In this document: positions 8,698 to 20,558 of the stretch, piece after piece | How the letters are laid out: the number at the start of each line of letters is the position of its first letter | Position numbering within the stretch: the stretch's first letter is position 1 | Made by a program: the position numbers and the translations under genes | Notes under the pieces: generated by a model | What the model was told of the DNA's origin: nothing | The model's input: the letters and a program-made list of their open reading frames with translations, nothing else | Database searches by the model: none | Assembly (NCBI GenBank): GCA_029259175.1 | Contig: JAPDJH010000009.1 | Coordinates: 32,001 to 96,000 of the forward strand | Direction: 5' to 3' | Source: Hadesarchaea archaeon | Lineage (GTDB): Archaea > Hadarchaeota > Hadarchaeia > Hadarchaeales > Hadarchaeaceae | DNA length: 64,000 nucleotides

Positions 8698-9951
8698 TCA
8701 GAACGTGCCCGGACGCACGGTGCCTACTTCCTTGCCCTCCCGCGTGACCTTCATCGAACCGAACTGGACTACTTTGATAGCGTCCACATCCGTCACGGGA
8801 GTGGTAACAACCATCTGTCCCCGGGCAAAATCGATCTTCTCGATTATTCCCAATCCTAATATTTCATTCTCATCGGAGGCCAATCCCACTATGACGTTCT
8901 TCTCCTCTCCCTGCACAATGACCTTTATCGGCCCGTGCTGTGCTGCGAGCTCCTCTATCTGCTTTGGACTCATCCGCCACTTGCTCACCAGAATCGTGAA
9001 CTCCGGGACCCGCTCCGCATACAAGATGTTTTCTCCGAACTTCTCGGGATTGAGTGGAACCCCGGTCCTCACGTATGTGCGCTCGAAACGCACCTTTGAC
9101 AGATTGAGCACTACACTTTTTGCGCTCTCGAAGTACTTCCCCAACAAAAGGGCTCGCAACTCGGCCCGCTCCGATGGGTTCCGCTTCCTCACCTTCGCAG
9201 AAACGGTGAGCTTCCGGATTTTGTGTGAGGGTAGGCACGAAAGGAGGTGCTCGAGCTCTGTCTGGCGCTGGAGGGCCACCACATAATCCGGATTCACAAG
9301 CTCCGCCGTGTAGAGCTGCAGACTGCGCCCAGCGCCGCCAGCGACCCACCCGGGGGTGTTCACCAGCACCAGATCCGCATATTTCAGACCACGCTCAACC
9401 AGCCACTTCATCCCTACTATGAACTCCAACATGTGGCCCGAAGGAGACATGGATCCAACGAAGTACAAGCTACGAAGCGGAACCTCGTAGAGCTGGGCAA
9501 CCGGGCGCTCGAAAACTCCCAATCCCATGGTGGTGGGCGGACCGATATCGGCTTGACCAACATCGCTGTCTACCGCAGCCATCCGAATGCCATGAGCAAG
9601 CAAGCGGTTTCCGAAGTAAGTGGTCAGAAAGGTTTTGCCCACGTCTACACTTCCGATCACCAAAACAACTCGTGGTCTGGTCTCTATCACCTCCTTCAAA
9701 AACGCGTCCCAGTCTGAAGGAATCGTGCGGCCCGGGAGTTTCTCAACGACTCCACCGGCCCCCAACGTGTACTCTATTTGCGCGTCCGTTTCCGCCTCCA
9801 GAGGCACAGATTTGGCTCGAGGGATGGTAATCCGATCTCCCTTTTCTCGAAGCCCGCCCGAGACCAGAATCTTTCCTTCTTTGACCTCCAGCGATATCAG
9901 CCCTTCTATGCGATAAACCTCACCGGCTTTTAGATCAAGCCGCGGCATCAT
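8698..9951 (-). CDS. Clp1/Nol9-family polynucleotide 5'-hydroxyl kinase
   Basis: GSVDVGKT, DSDVGQADIGPPTT, NTPGWV, basic clasp helix, GLGII C-terminal domain. Confidence 0.85.
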   Translation of the reverse strand: MMPRLDLKAGEVYRIEGLISLEVKEGKILVSGGLREKGDRITIPRAKSVPLEAETDAQIEYTLGAGGVVEKLPGRTIPSDWDAFLKEVIETRPRVVLVIGSVDVGKTFLTTYFGNRLLAHGIRMAAVDSDVGQADIGPPTTMGLGVFERPVAQLYEVPLRSLYFVGSMSPSGHMLEFIVGMKWLVERGLKYADLVLVNTPGWVAGGAGRSLQLYTAELVNPDYVVALQRQTELEHLLSCLPSHKIRKLTVSAKVRKRNPSERAELRALLLGKYFESAKSVVLNLSKVRFERTYVRTGVPLNPEKFGENILYAERVPEFTILVSKWRMSPKQIEELAAQHGPIKVIVQGEEKNVIVGLASDENEILGLGIIEKIDFARGQMVVTTPVTDVDAIKVVQFGSMKVTREGKEVGTVRPGTF

Positions 9952-10373
9952 TCCACCTCGAAGTCCAGCGAAGGCCATTCCTTGCGTAGGATCTCACGGT
10001 TGATGCGTTCGACTTCCACGATGTCCGATTTTTTCACCCGGACTTTCTCGGACACCGGCACCACCACAACCTCCTGCACTTCCCCAAGTGCGATCTCATC
10101 ATCTCCGATCTCGGCAACTTTCCCGGCGATTGTCTTTCCATCCCGGGTTTTGAGCACTACCTCCTCCTCTGGCCGGATTTCTTTCACGTCGGTCTTCTGA
10201 ACTATCTTCTCTAGACACATAGAAACGATTCCAGGATAAATTGGGATCTTTCTGTACATGTCGTGGAACTCGCTCAGAATGATCTCCACGAGCACCGGAT
10301 TGCCGCGATAGCGCTCAAGAAGACGAACCAACACCTCTGTAAGCTGCTGGAAATCGCTTTGCTCTAACGTCAT
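9948..10373 (-). CDS. Hypothetical protein, C-terminal half Sm/Lsm-like
   Basis: VVLKTRDGKTIAGKVAEIGDDEIALGEVQE..VRVKKSDIVEVE resembles the Sm1/Sm2 pattern. Confidence 0.5.
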   Translation of the reverse strand: MTLEQSDFQQLTEVLVRLLERYRGNPVLVEIILSEFHDMYRKIPIYPGIVSMCLEKIVQKTDVKEIRPEEEVVLKTRDGKTIAGKVAEIGDDEIALGEVQEVVVVPVSEKVRVKKSDIVEVERINREILRKEWPSLDFEVE

Positions 10374-10424
10374 GCGACCAACACCACAATATGAAGGAGT
10401 TTTATAAACACTGTGGGTCTCGGG

Positions 10425-11813
10425 TTATTCGAGGCCAAAAGCTTCCGCAAGTTTTAGTTTCTCCGGCTCCAACTCTCCCCGATCCAGCGCCTTCGCGACT
10501 TCAATCAGCTGCTCAATCGCGAAAAGAAGTTCATGCATCACGGCGTACATCGGAACGGGCTTGTCAGCGAGCAACTCTGCTGCGCGTGCATGTCCACCTC
10601 CCCCGATACCTGAATACCCCGGGTATCGGCTCTGCAATCTGCGCGCGACCTCAAAACATATCTTACCACAGTTGATTATTCCTCCACCGCCGCGCATCGA
10701 GATGTGTACGCCGCGTTCTTTGGGGCAAAAAACGATCACCGCCGCATGGGGGTGGCCGCCCCTGCGCTTGAAAACCTCCAGTTTGGTCGAGGCAACAAAC
10801 GGCAGAATGGCCGGAAAGGGAGCACGCTCCATGGCCTTCGCTTCACGCGCAAATAGCAAATAAATGCCCACCCCACGAACCTCTCCGAGGTACACGGGAT
10901 TTTCTGTTCTAGCTTCCAGCAGATCCCAATCTTCCTTGTACTGCTCGAATACCGTAGACAGAATCATCCCCTTTGGCTTGGTTCCGAGAAATTCACGAAC
11001 CGTTCTTATCTGTTTAGGATCGACTCCACGATCCACTAGCTCCAGCAGAAACTCGAGCACCAAGCGCGGGCCAGACACAACATCGATGTTCAGCATGTCC
11101 TTGTAGAAATGGGCAATCGTTCCGACTTGGAGAACTTCTCCTATCTGGTTGATGAGGGCAGTGCGCGTTCTGTCGACGATATCATACATGGTCGGGCGCC
11201 CGCTTCTTACTTCCAGCAAGTTCGGAAACACAGAGCGCACATAATCCAAAAATGGTTTCGTGAACTCGGCGGCGGTTTTTCCTACAGGATCGAAGGCAAA
11301 GTCGCCTCTGCACCCAACCAACGCCGCAAAATCATCGTATCGATCAACTTCGGTCAGCTTTTTTGCAATCATGTGGCACAGCAAGGCACAAGCAGATGCG
11401 TAATCGGAGTTCTGCACAGTGGGATTGAAGAGCAGACACTTCTGGGGGCGGCCATCGAGCTGGTGATGGTCGATTATCACTATCGGCTCAATGTGCTTGA
11501 GCAGGGAATCATAATACTCAAATGTGCCCTTATCAGAGATTATCAGCATGTCGAAACGGCCTTCTTGTTCCAGCGCTTCGACTAGGGTTTGCTCCCAAAG
11601 CTTAAAGTGCTGAGGCATGCGCACTACGACTTCGGCACCCTTAAGTCGCTCCAGCATCCGCTTCAGAATGAAAGCGCTAGTGATGCCATCAAGATCGTGA
11701 TGCGAAAATATCAGAACACGTGGATTTTGTTTGAGGTCCCGAATGGCCTGTACCACGCTCGGAAAGCCAGAGTTTCGCTCGTATAAGTCCTCAATCTGTT
11801 GCTGATACCTCAT
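10425..11813 (-). CDS. DHH-family phosphoesterase (second, divergent copy)
   Basis: HHDLDG, ISDKG, IIDHH, GGGGHARAA (DHHA1); start ATG 11813. Confidence 0.8.
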   Translation of the reverse strand: MRYQQQIEDLYERNSGFPSVVQAIRDLKQNPRVLIFSHHDLDGITSAFILKRMLERLKGAEVVVRMPQHFKLWEQTLVEALEQEGRFDMLIISDKGTFEYYDSLLKHIEPIVIIDHHQLDGRPQKCLLFNPTVQNSDYASACALLCHMIAKKLTEVDRYDDFAALVGCRGDFAFDPVGKTAAEFTKPFLDYVRSVFPNLLEVRSGRPTMYDIVDRTRTALINQIGEVLQVGTIAHFYKDMLNIDVVSGPRLVLEFLLELVDRGVDPKQIRTVREFLGTKPKGMILSTVFEQYKEDWDLLEARTENPVYLGEVRGVGIYLLFAREAKAMERAPFPAILPFVASTKLEVFKRRGGHPHAAVIVFCPKERGVHISMRGGGGIINCGKICFEVARRLQSRYPGYSGIGGGGHARAAELLADKPVPMYAVMHELLFAIEQLIEVAKALDRGELEPEKLKLAEAFGLE

Positions 11814-13215
11814 GCGAGCCCTCCAACGACTTATCCAAGAGAGATAAGAACTCTTCGATTTCAGATGGCGGAATTCGAGCAGCAGCAGCGACGTCATGGC
11901 CCCCTCCAACTCCTCCGGCTCTTTCTGCTGCAGCTTTGATTGCCGCCCCGAGATCCAGCCCACCCATCGCTAGTGCCGGTGTTGAACGAGCAGAAACTTT
12001 GATCTCCCCCGTTGGTGTTTTGCTGAAAATCACGATCGGCTTATCCATCCGAACGAGGCCCGATTCGATGAGCAGAGAGACCGCCTCCCCAACCAACGCC
12101 GGGCGGACACCGTCTCCTCCATCCAAAACTCTAAGATTCTGACGTTCTCTAACAGACCCCAGCCGGTTCACCAGATATTCCAAGGCTCTCAGCATTTCTT
12201 CTTGATAGGTGGTAAGCAAAGACGTGGCCTCGTGGAAAGCTGTTCGGTCTCCTATCAGGGCTGAAAGACCGATTTCTGGTTTGTTAAGACTGCCGCAAGC
12301 ATCGAGCAACGCCGAACACTCACGGAAAGTTAGAGAAAGCAAATGAAATCCGGCCACGGGCTGATGAATAGAACCCCACAGCGTGTGTCGGAACTCCTCA
12401 GCCTTCGCAGCCTCCCCGGCCCGAGCCACCAACAGGTCCGCCAGCGCCTTTTCTTCTTCCATGTCCAGCTGGCTGAGCATCGTTGAGGGCTTCAGATCCA
12501 ATTCCTCAAGCACTTGCTGGCATACGGTCGGGTGGCCGGAAAGGCCCTTGATGAAAGGTCTGATCGAAAGTCTCAGGGTTTCTACGAGCGGTCGAAAAGA
12601 CCGGCCCACCAGCCGCAGACCTTCCCGAGTTTCGACAAATCCCAGATCCACGGCCCGCTTGTATAACACATCGTTCACTCCGGTAAAACCGGAAAAGAAC
12701 TCCTGTCGGTCGCCGATAGCTCCGATGAGAGCAACCACGATGAGCGAACGAAAGCGGGGGTCTAGGTTTTCAACCACCACATAAGCAGCGCTGCTTCCAC
12801 TGACGTCCTTCGCACCGTTCATTCCAATAGAGTGAGGATTCAAAACCGCGAGATTTGGGTGCTCGTGAAACTCGCCCGGATGATGATCGATTATGATCAC
12901 ATCCCGATGTTTCGCGAGCAGGCTCTTGTGAATTGCCTCGAGTTGGGCCGAACCCTGATCAAGAAAAACGAAGAGCTCGTATTCCTCCTGTCCCAGCTCG
13001 GCGATTTCTGCAGGCTTTTTCGGTCTGCTGAACTCGATTGAAAAAGGGACATCATAAAATCTCAGACACTCTGCCAGAATCATGGTTGCGGCAATTCCGT
13101 CGGTATCTCGGTGCGCCACTATTTTGACCGAGCGTTTTTGCTCGATCCGATCTTTCAGAAAATCAGCGACTCTCGAACCCATCCGCAAGAATGTCCGAAC
13201 ATCCGCCTTTCCCAT
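11791..13215 (-). CDS. recJ: Archaeal RecJ-like DHH nuclease (GAN/Cdc45-like)
   Basis: HRDTDG, DQGS, IIDHH, LNPH, GAIGDRQ, GGGHDVAAAA; conserved position after rps15. Confidence 0.85.
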   Translation of the reverse strand: MGKADVRTFLRMGSRVADFLKDRIEQKRSVKIVAHRDTDGIAATMILAECLRFYDVPFSIEFSRPKKPAEIAELGQEEYELFVFLDQGSAQLEAIHKSLLAKHRDVIIIDHHPGEFHEHPNLAVLNPHSIGMNGAKDVSGSSAAYVVVENLDPRFRSLIVVALIGAIGDRQEFFSGFTGVNDVLYKRAVDLGFVETREGLRLVGRSFRPLVETLRLSIRPFIKGLSGHPTVCQQVLEELDLKPSTMLSQLDMEEEKALADLLVARAGEAAKAEEFRHTLWGSIHQPVAGFHLLSLTFRECSALLDACGSLNKPEIGLSALIGDRTAFHEATSLLTTYQEEMLRALEYLVNRLGSVRERQNLRVLDGGDGVRPALVGEAVSLLIESGLVRMDKPIVIFSKTPTGEIKVSARSTPALAMGGLDLGAAIKAAAERAGGVGGGHDVAAAARIPPSEIEEFLSLLDKSLEGSHEVSATD

Positions 13216-13300
13216 CGTTCTCCCTTTCTTTAGGTTATCTTCTTTCTTCTACTCAAGCTCCTAATAATTTTTCGATATCCCGCTGCGAGCGCTCCAAAAA

Positions 13301-13690
13301 TCACTTTACCAAGAGAGCTGCTCGCTCTCGGTCGTATCTCCAGTCCTTGGGAAGCATCCCTTTCCGCTTGTAATACCGAGCGAGCCGGTTTATTCGGGAT
13401 TCTAAAATCTCCAAGGCCCGTTTGCTTTTGAAGTCCTTTCGGTGCTTCGCCAAGTGCTCGTAGAGCGTCACGGCGCGCTTTATAACATTTGCCAAGTCTT
13501 CGGGCAAGGAGGGCTGCAAGTTCCTCTCTTTAAGAATTTGCAAAATGCTCTTCCCCGTGACTACTTTCACTTTTGGTACTGCGTATTGATCCCGCAAAAT
13601 CAGGCCTATCCTGCTGGGAAGTACTCCCTCCTTCGCCAGCTTGACCACGAGTTCCTCCACCTCAGAAGGCGACAGCTCTGTTTGCGCCAT
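13301..13690 (-). CDS. rps15: 30S ribosomal protein S15 (uS15)
   Basis: IGLILRDQY, LPEDL, ESRINRLARYYK. Confidence 0.95.
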   Translation of the reverse strand: MAQTELSPSEVEELVVKLAKEGVLPSRIGLILRDQYAVPKVKVVTGKSILQILKERNLQPSLPEDLANVIKRAVTLYEHLAKHRKDFKSKRALEILESRINRLARYYKRKGMLPKDWRYDRERAALLVK

Positions 13691-13699
13691 ATCTGCCCC

Positions 13700-14262
13700 T
13701 CAAATTTCCCTGATTTCTCTCCCTTTAAACCATTCCATGAAAGCGCGGAGGGCCCTTCCACGATGCGAGAACTTGTTCTTCTCTCCAACGTCCATTTCGG
13801 CAAACGTTTTTCCACCGCCGCCCTCTGGCTCGAATATGGGATCAAAACCAAATCCCTTATCGCCCCGCGCTTCTGTGGAGATTTTCCCGGGACAAACCCC
13901 AACAAAGAGAACCGGGTCGCCTCCTGGCTCGCAGTACCCAACGACTGAGCGGAATTCAGCTCTTCGGTCATTCACCCCCTCCAGAAGCCTCAGAATACCA
14001 GCATTTCCGATGGTCAAAAACACATATTTGGAATAAGGGCCGGGAAATCCGCCCAAGCGATGCACGAACAAACCTGCGTCTTCCACAAAGCAGGCGGCTC
14101 CGAGCTTGGAGGAGACCTCCCGAACACCTCTGCGAACTATCTCCTCCAAGGAATCCGACTGAATTTCCGTGTATCCTGTTTTTTCTTGGACGATTTCTAT
14201 ACCGAAGAGAAACGCCAAAGCTTTTGCCTCGAGAAACTTGTGGTCATTGCCTGTAACAAAAA

Positions 14263-14272
<10 letters not shown>
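13700..14272 (-). CDS. rdgB: XTP/dITP diphosphatase (HAM1/RdgB)
   Basis: VTGNxHK, EDAGL, GFPGPYS, GFGFDPIF, SHRGRA. Confidence 0.95.
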
Positions 14273-15932
<1,660 letters not shown>

Positions 15933-16016
15933 TCAATATAGCGGGCCCCTCTTTAAACGCGTATGGTTAACGACAAAAGGTTTTATTTAACATCAATGTT
16001 CAACAACTGGGGGCTC

Positions 16017-16964
16017 ATGAAAGTCAGGGTTTTGAACATCCTTCCGGTCGTTGGAGTCTGCATACTGATCTCCGCATATATAATGGTCCAAAGTCCGCCA
16101 CGCCTTTTGGTGGCCACCACCACCAGTCTCTACGATACGGGATTGTTAGACCTGATAGGCGAAGCATATTTTGAAAACACTGGACACCGAGTTGGGTTCA
16201 TCGCAGTTGGCACGGGACTGGCACTCGAGCACGCCAAGCGGGGGGATGTGGACGCAGTTTTTGTGCACGCACCAACTCTAGAAAGCGAAATTCTGCAGGA
16301 AAACGCGTGCGGCTTGCGAAAAATAATCGCATACAACTACTTCGTAATCGTGGGGCCAGCCAACGATCCAGCACACATTGCTGGCCTCTCCCCCACCCAA
16401 GCCATGCGCCGAATAGCGGAAACAGGGAGCCTTTGGGTTTCGCGTGCCGATAACTCGGGCACCAACAATAAAGAAATCGCGCTATGGGAGGGAGCCGGAT
16501 ATGAGTACGAAAACTTGCGATCAAAGGACTGGTTTTTCGAAACAGGAACAGGAATGGGAAACACGCTCCTAGTAGCAAATGAAAAAGGAGCTTACACGTT
16601 AAGCGATACCGGCACGTTTCTCAAATACAAAAAGGAAAACCTGATCACGCTTGAAAAACTCGTGTCTGAAAGCGAGGAATTGCTCAATGTGTACAGCGTG
16701 ATGGTGGTAAACCCAGAAAAACACCCATTCGTAAAATTCGAACTCGCGGCGGAATTTGTAGAGTTCCTCATATCGCCCGGAGTTCAACAGCTAATCGCAG
16801 AATTCGGGAAAGAAGAATTCGGAGAAGTTCTCTTCTATCCCGCTGTGGAAATATTGGAAAACGAAAACTCCGCTGTCGCTCAGTGGATAAAGGAAACAGC
16901 ATTTATGGACAACTCTGAGTGTCCGCCCCATTTGAGGTTCGGAAGAGCGGATCTCTATGAGTGA
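16017..16964 (+). CDS. tupA: Tungstate ABC transporter substrate-binding protein
   Basis: ATTTSLYDTGLL, VGTGxAL, SRADNSGT. Confidence 0.9.
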   Translation: MKVRVLNILPVVGVCILISAYIMVQSPPRLLVATTTSLYDTGLLDLIGEAYFENTGHRVGFIAVGTGLALEHAKRGDVDAVFVHAPTLESEILQENACGLRKIIAYNYFVIVGPANDPAHIAGLSPTQAMRRIAETGSLWVSRADNSGTNNKEIALWEGAGYEYENLRSKDWFFETGTGMGNTLLVANEKGAYTLSDTGTFLKYKKENLITLEKLVSESEELLNVYSVMVVNPEKHPFVKFELAAEFVEFLISPGVQQLIAEFGKEEFGEVLFYPAVEILENENSAVAQWIKETAFMDNSECPPHLRFGRADLYE

Positions 16965-17595
16965 GGGCCTGATCCCAATCGTGCTTCGATCGCTTATGGT
17001 CTCAGGAACAGCCACAGTACTGGCGGCGACTTGGAGCTTACCCATAGCAGTAAAAATCGGGACAACACACTTTCGCGGAAAAAAGATAGTAAGGGACTTC
17101 TTCAATGCGATGATCGGAATTCCCACCGTCGCGCTGGGCCTTGTGTTGTATTTGCTTCTCTCACGGGAAGGAGCGCTAGGATTTCTAAACTTGCTGTACA
17201 CTCCCTCCGCCATTATGCTTGGACAGGCGCTTCTAATAACGCCGCTGATGATCAGCTTCCTCATGCATGCTATCGAGGAAGTAAACCCGTTGATAAAAGA
17301 GACGGCCCTCACCTTGGGTGCGAGCGAACGGGAAGCGAACAGAGTCGTTCTAAGAGAAGCCAAAAAAGGAAGCGTGTTGGCCACTGTTGCTGGATTCAAC
17401 CGGGCTATATCTGAACTCGGTATTGCGCTCATGGTAGGAGGAAACCTCGCAGGAACAACGCGAGTAATGACCACTGAAATCTCTCGGGTCGTATCAGGCG
17501 GAGATATCGAGCTAGCAATCCAGTTAACCATCGTGCTTCTGAGTATCGCCTTCACATCAACACTTATTTTAAATCGGTTGAGGGGGTCCGAATGA
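16957..17595 (+). CDS. tupB: Tungstate ABC transporter permease
   Basis: Multi-TM protein, FNRAISELG..GGN, TRVMTT. Confidence 0.9.
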   Translation: MSEGLIPIVLRSLMVSGTATVLAATWSLPIAVKIGTTHFRGKKIVRDFFNAMIGIPTVALGLVLYLLLSREGALGFLNLLYTPSAIMLGQALLITPLMISFLMHAIEEVNPLIKETALTLGASEREANRVVLREAKKGSVLATVAGFNRAISELGIALMVGGNLAGTTRVMTTEISRVVSGGDIELAIQLTIVLLSIAFTSTLILNRLRGSE

Positions 17596-18305
17596 CTCCC
17601 ATCCTTGAAGCCCATAAGGTGTGGAAGAGTTTTGGCTCGATTCGAGCGTTGAGAGGGATAACGCTGGACATATCGGAAAACGAAACGGTGAGTATTATCG
17701 GACCGAACGGAGCCGGGAAAACTACTCTGCTTCGCATCCTGGCATTGCTGGAAAGACCAGACAAGGGATGGGTGCGCTACAGAGGAGAGAAAGTGGAAAG
17801 CGGGGAGAAGCACCGTGGAGAAATCACCATGGTATTTCAAAACCCTGCATTCTTCACCGGCACTGTAGCTGACAACGTTGGATATGGACTGAAAATTAGA
17901 GGGATGGACAAACAAACGATCCGGCGAAAAGTCCGTGAAGCTCTCAGGGCTGTAAATCTCGCGGGTTTTGAAAAAAGAAAGATCAAAGCATTATCGGGAG
18001 GTGAAAAACAAAGAGTCGCGCTGGCCCGAGCGTTATGTATCGAACCGAGAGTACTCCTTCTCGATGAACCCACAGCGAACTTGGATCCGCCAAACTGTGA
18101 GAGAATAAGGAGGGTCCTAAAAAGAATCAAGAAAAATATCACGGTTGTAATAGCGAGCCACCATCTGGGGCTGGCAAAAACTGTAGCCGACCGAGTAGCG
18201 TATATCCACCAAGGCAAGCTCTTGGAAATCGGCTCTCCCGAACAAATCTTTGGAAAGCCCAGACACCGCCTCACAAAGCTGTTCGTGGAGGGCAAACTAG
18301 TTTAA
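17592..18305 (+). CDS. tupC: Tungstate ABC transporter ATPase
   Basis: GPNGAGKT, LSGGEKQR, LLLDEPT. Confidence 0.9.
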   Translation: MTPILEAHKVWKSFGSIRALRGITLDISENETVSIIGPNGAGKTTLLRILALLERPDKGWVRYRGEKVESGEKHRGEITMVFQNPAFFTGTVADNVGYGLKIRGMDKQTIRRKVREALRAVNLAGFEKRKIKALSGGEKQRVALARALCIEPRVLLLDEPTANLDPPNCERIRRVLKRIKKNITVVIASHHLGLAKTVADRVAYIHQGKLLEIGSPEQIFGKPRHRLTKLFVEGKLV

Positions 18306-18335
18306 GTTATAGGCTTTCAAACCAGAAAAATTTGG

Positions 18336-19607
18336 ATGCTCCTAAAGCTTTTTCGAAAAGGTGAGCAGAAGCCAAAAGTCAAGGCAATCAATTTCAAGGA
18401 TGTGGGAAAGGAAGTCGAAAAAAGAAAAACCGAACAGCTGGAGAAATTCAAAAATTTCGCGAAAGAACCTCTTCGAAAGCTCCAACATCAAAGAGCCGAA
18501 ATTTTGAAAGTCCTGAAACAGTTGAAAGAGAGCGAAGTAAGCGAGGAAATCCACCCGGGTTTGTATAGGGCAAGCATCGAAGCCAGACGTCTGTTGGTAG
18601 AAAAAACGACACGAGTGCTTGAGGAGGTCAAGATAGGAGAACTAAAAGCCCTGGACGATATTACCACGCTCAAAGAACGGCTTGAAAGAATTTCGACACA
18701 AACAGCGCATGCGATTCTCGCTCACGGGAAAAGACCATCTATTGTTTTCGGACGAGAAATGCGCGCTCTCAAAACAGCAATTATCGAGTTTCAGCAAACG
18801 GTGAACGAAATCACCAAAAAAATTGAGGAAATGAGTCCAGTGATCGAACAACTAAATCTCTTGAAAGCCAAAACAGAGAGCTATCAGCAACTAAAGATCG
18901 AGATGATAGAAAGAGAAAAACAACTGGCAACCCTGCGAAATCGCAAAAAAGAACTGGAGGCTGAAGCGGAGAAAAAACAGAAAGAAGCGGAAATCTTTGC
19001 TCGTAGCCCGCACTATCGGGAGGCCGAAGAACTAGCGAAAAAAATCAGGGAGGTTGAAGCGGAGATCGCCCGTATTCAACATGAATTTGAAACACGAGTA
19101 CATACCGTAAATCGGCTGTTACGCAAGATACGGAAAGTCGTGGAAAAAGAACTCTCGCGAGAAAGGCGCCTTCTGATAAGTGTTCTGATTCACGAACCCG
19201 CCAGCGTTTTGGACACCGAAGAAAAGGCTCGTGCGGCTCAATCCTTGTTAGAAGTCGTTTTAACAGTTGCAGAGAGCGAGCAAATCGAAAAGGACAAGAA
19301 GAAACAGGAAAAAATGATGGCCGAACTTCGAAGGCTTATATCCGAAAAAACAATTGAAAGCACATTTAATAGAATAAGATCGCTCCAAAGCGAAAAAGAA
19401 AAGCTGTTGGCTCGGTGGGAAAAGGAACCAGAACTCGAATATGCACGAATTAAGTCTGCGGCCAGAGAATTGGAAGAACAAACAAAGCAAATAGAAAAAG
19501 AAATCCAGCTGATGGAATCCATGTCTCACGGGGGAAAAGTCAACCAGCTACAAGAAGAAATCAAGCAAATCGGAAAAGAACTGGGAATGGAGATCACTTT
19601 TTCTTGA
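18336..19607 (+). CDS. Hypothetical coiled-coil protein
   Basis: 423 aa, E/K-rich heptad-like sequence, no catalytic motif seen. Confidence 0.65.
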   Translation: MLLKLFRKGEQKPKVKAINFKDVGKEVEKRKTEQLEKFKNFAKEPLRKLQHQRAEILKVLKQLKESEVSEEIHPGLYRASIEARRLLVEKTTRVLEEVKIGELKALDDITTLKERLERISTQTAHAILAHGKRPSIVFGREMRALKTAIIEFQQTVNEITKKIEEMSPVIEQLNLLKAKTESYQQLKIEMIEREKQLATLRNRKKELEAEAEKKQKEAEIFARSPHYREAEELAKKIREVEAEIARIQHEFETRVHTVNRLLRKIRKVVEKELSRERRLLISVLIHEPASVLDTEEKARAAQSLLEVVLTVAESEQIEKDKKKQEKMMAELRRLISEKTIESTFNRIRSLQSEKEKLLARWEKEPELEYARIKSAARELEEQTKQIEKEIQLMESMSHGGKVNQLQEEIKQIGKELGMEITFS

Positions 19608-19770
19608 ACTCGGTATATCCGCATCGTCCGCATGCCAGACGATTCCCATGATCGGCCAAAAAAACTCCATCTCCACATCTCGGGCATCGCTGACGCAAGC
19701 GTTTCAGCTTTCCGTCCTTAACCTCATACAGTTTGGCCTTGCGCGCCTCTGGCGATTTTTTCTCGGCTAT
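19594..19770 (-). CDS. rps27ae: 30S ribosomal protein S27ae (eS31), apparent ATA start
   Basis: Manual translation (I/M)[57 protein letters not shown]; follows rps24e. Confidence 0.9.
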   Translation of the reverse strand: MAEKKSPEARKAKLYEVKDGKLKRLRQRCPRCGDGVFLADHGNRLACGRCGYTEFKKK

Positions 19771-20174
19771 GGTTCTCCCTCCTTCTTTTCTTCCTCAGGT
19801 GGTTTCTGCTCTTCCTCCTTCTTTTCTTCTTCGGATGGTTTCTGCTCGGCTTGTTGAGGTGGCTTTTCTTCGACCTGCTGCTCACCACCTTCTTTGAGCA
19901 AACCCATCCGCTTCAATAAATATGGGGGCTCGAGTGAACGCATTTGATCCTCGTTCTGATAAACGCGCGCAATCCCCGATGACTCCGCCTTACCATGCAG
20001 ACTGGCTATCTTCTCAATCACTATCAAGTCGGGAGTGGCTTGGAGTAAAGAAGCAAGCTGATCCCGAACTTCGAGACGTTTGGGAGTTGGGGCACTTGGA
20101 TGAGATATCCTGAAATTGACCTCCAATCTGCCCAGCACTGGATTCTCCTTTTTCTCCACAATCTGGAGCTCCAT
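19767..20174 (-). CDS. rps24e: 30S ribosomal protein S24e with acidic repeat tail
   Basis: [21 protein letters not shown]; C-terminal EQKPxEEEKKE repeats. Confidence 0.9.
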   Translation of the reverse strand: MELQIVEKKENPVLGRLEVNFRISHPSAPTPKRLEVRDQLASLLQATPDLIVIEKIASLHGKAESSGIARVYQNEDQMRSLEPPYLLKRMGLLKEGGEQQVEEKPPQQAEQKPSEEEKKEEEQKPPEEEKKEGEP

Positions 20175-20213
20175 ACGAACCCCATATCATACGGGACTGG
20201 CTTAAAAAAGTAG

Positions 20214-20558
20214 TTACCGAATCTTGCCAGCCACATTTCTGGCGAGAGCTGTCGCGATAAGAATGACTATAACCATCACCGTAGCCAGAACAGCGACGGG
20301 CAGCACAGGACTGGAAAATTCGGAAACCGAATAACTAATCAGCAACAGAACAAAAGCCAGCAGATGTAACATTCCGAAGGTTTGAGGATAAAGAGGAAGT
20401 ACAAGCACAGCCGTGACGGAGGAAATCACAGCCATAAAGGCTGAAAGCAAGCCAAGCACGATCTGCCAAGGGGACTCGTACGGAGATGCCTGGGCCGCGA
20501 CCGGAGATGCCAGAACCAACAGCAAAAAAACAGCAACTAAGCATGTTCCCCTTTTCAT
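20214..20558 (-). CDS. Small membrane protein
   Basis: Signal-like N-terminus plus 3 hydrophobic segments; overlaps the upstream gene stop. Confidence 0.6.
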   Translation of the reverse strand: MKRGTCLVAVFLLLVLASPVAAQASPYESPWQIVLGLLSAFMAVISSVTAVLVLPLYPQTFGMLHLLAFVLLLISYSVSEFSSPVLPVAVLATVMVIVILIATALARNVAGKIR

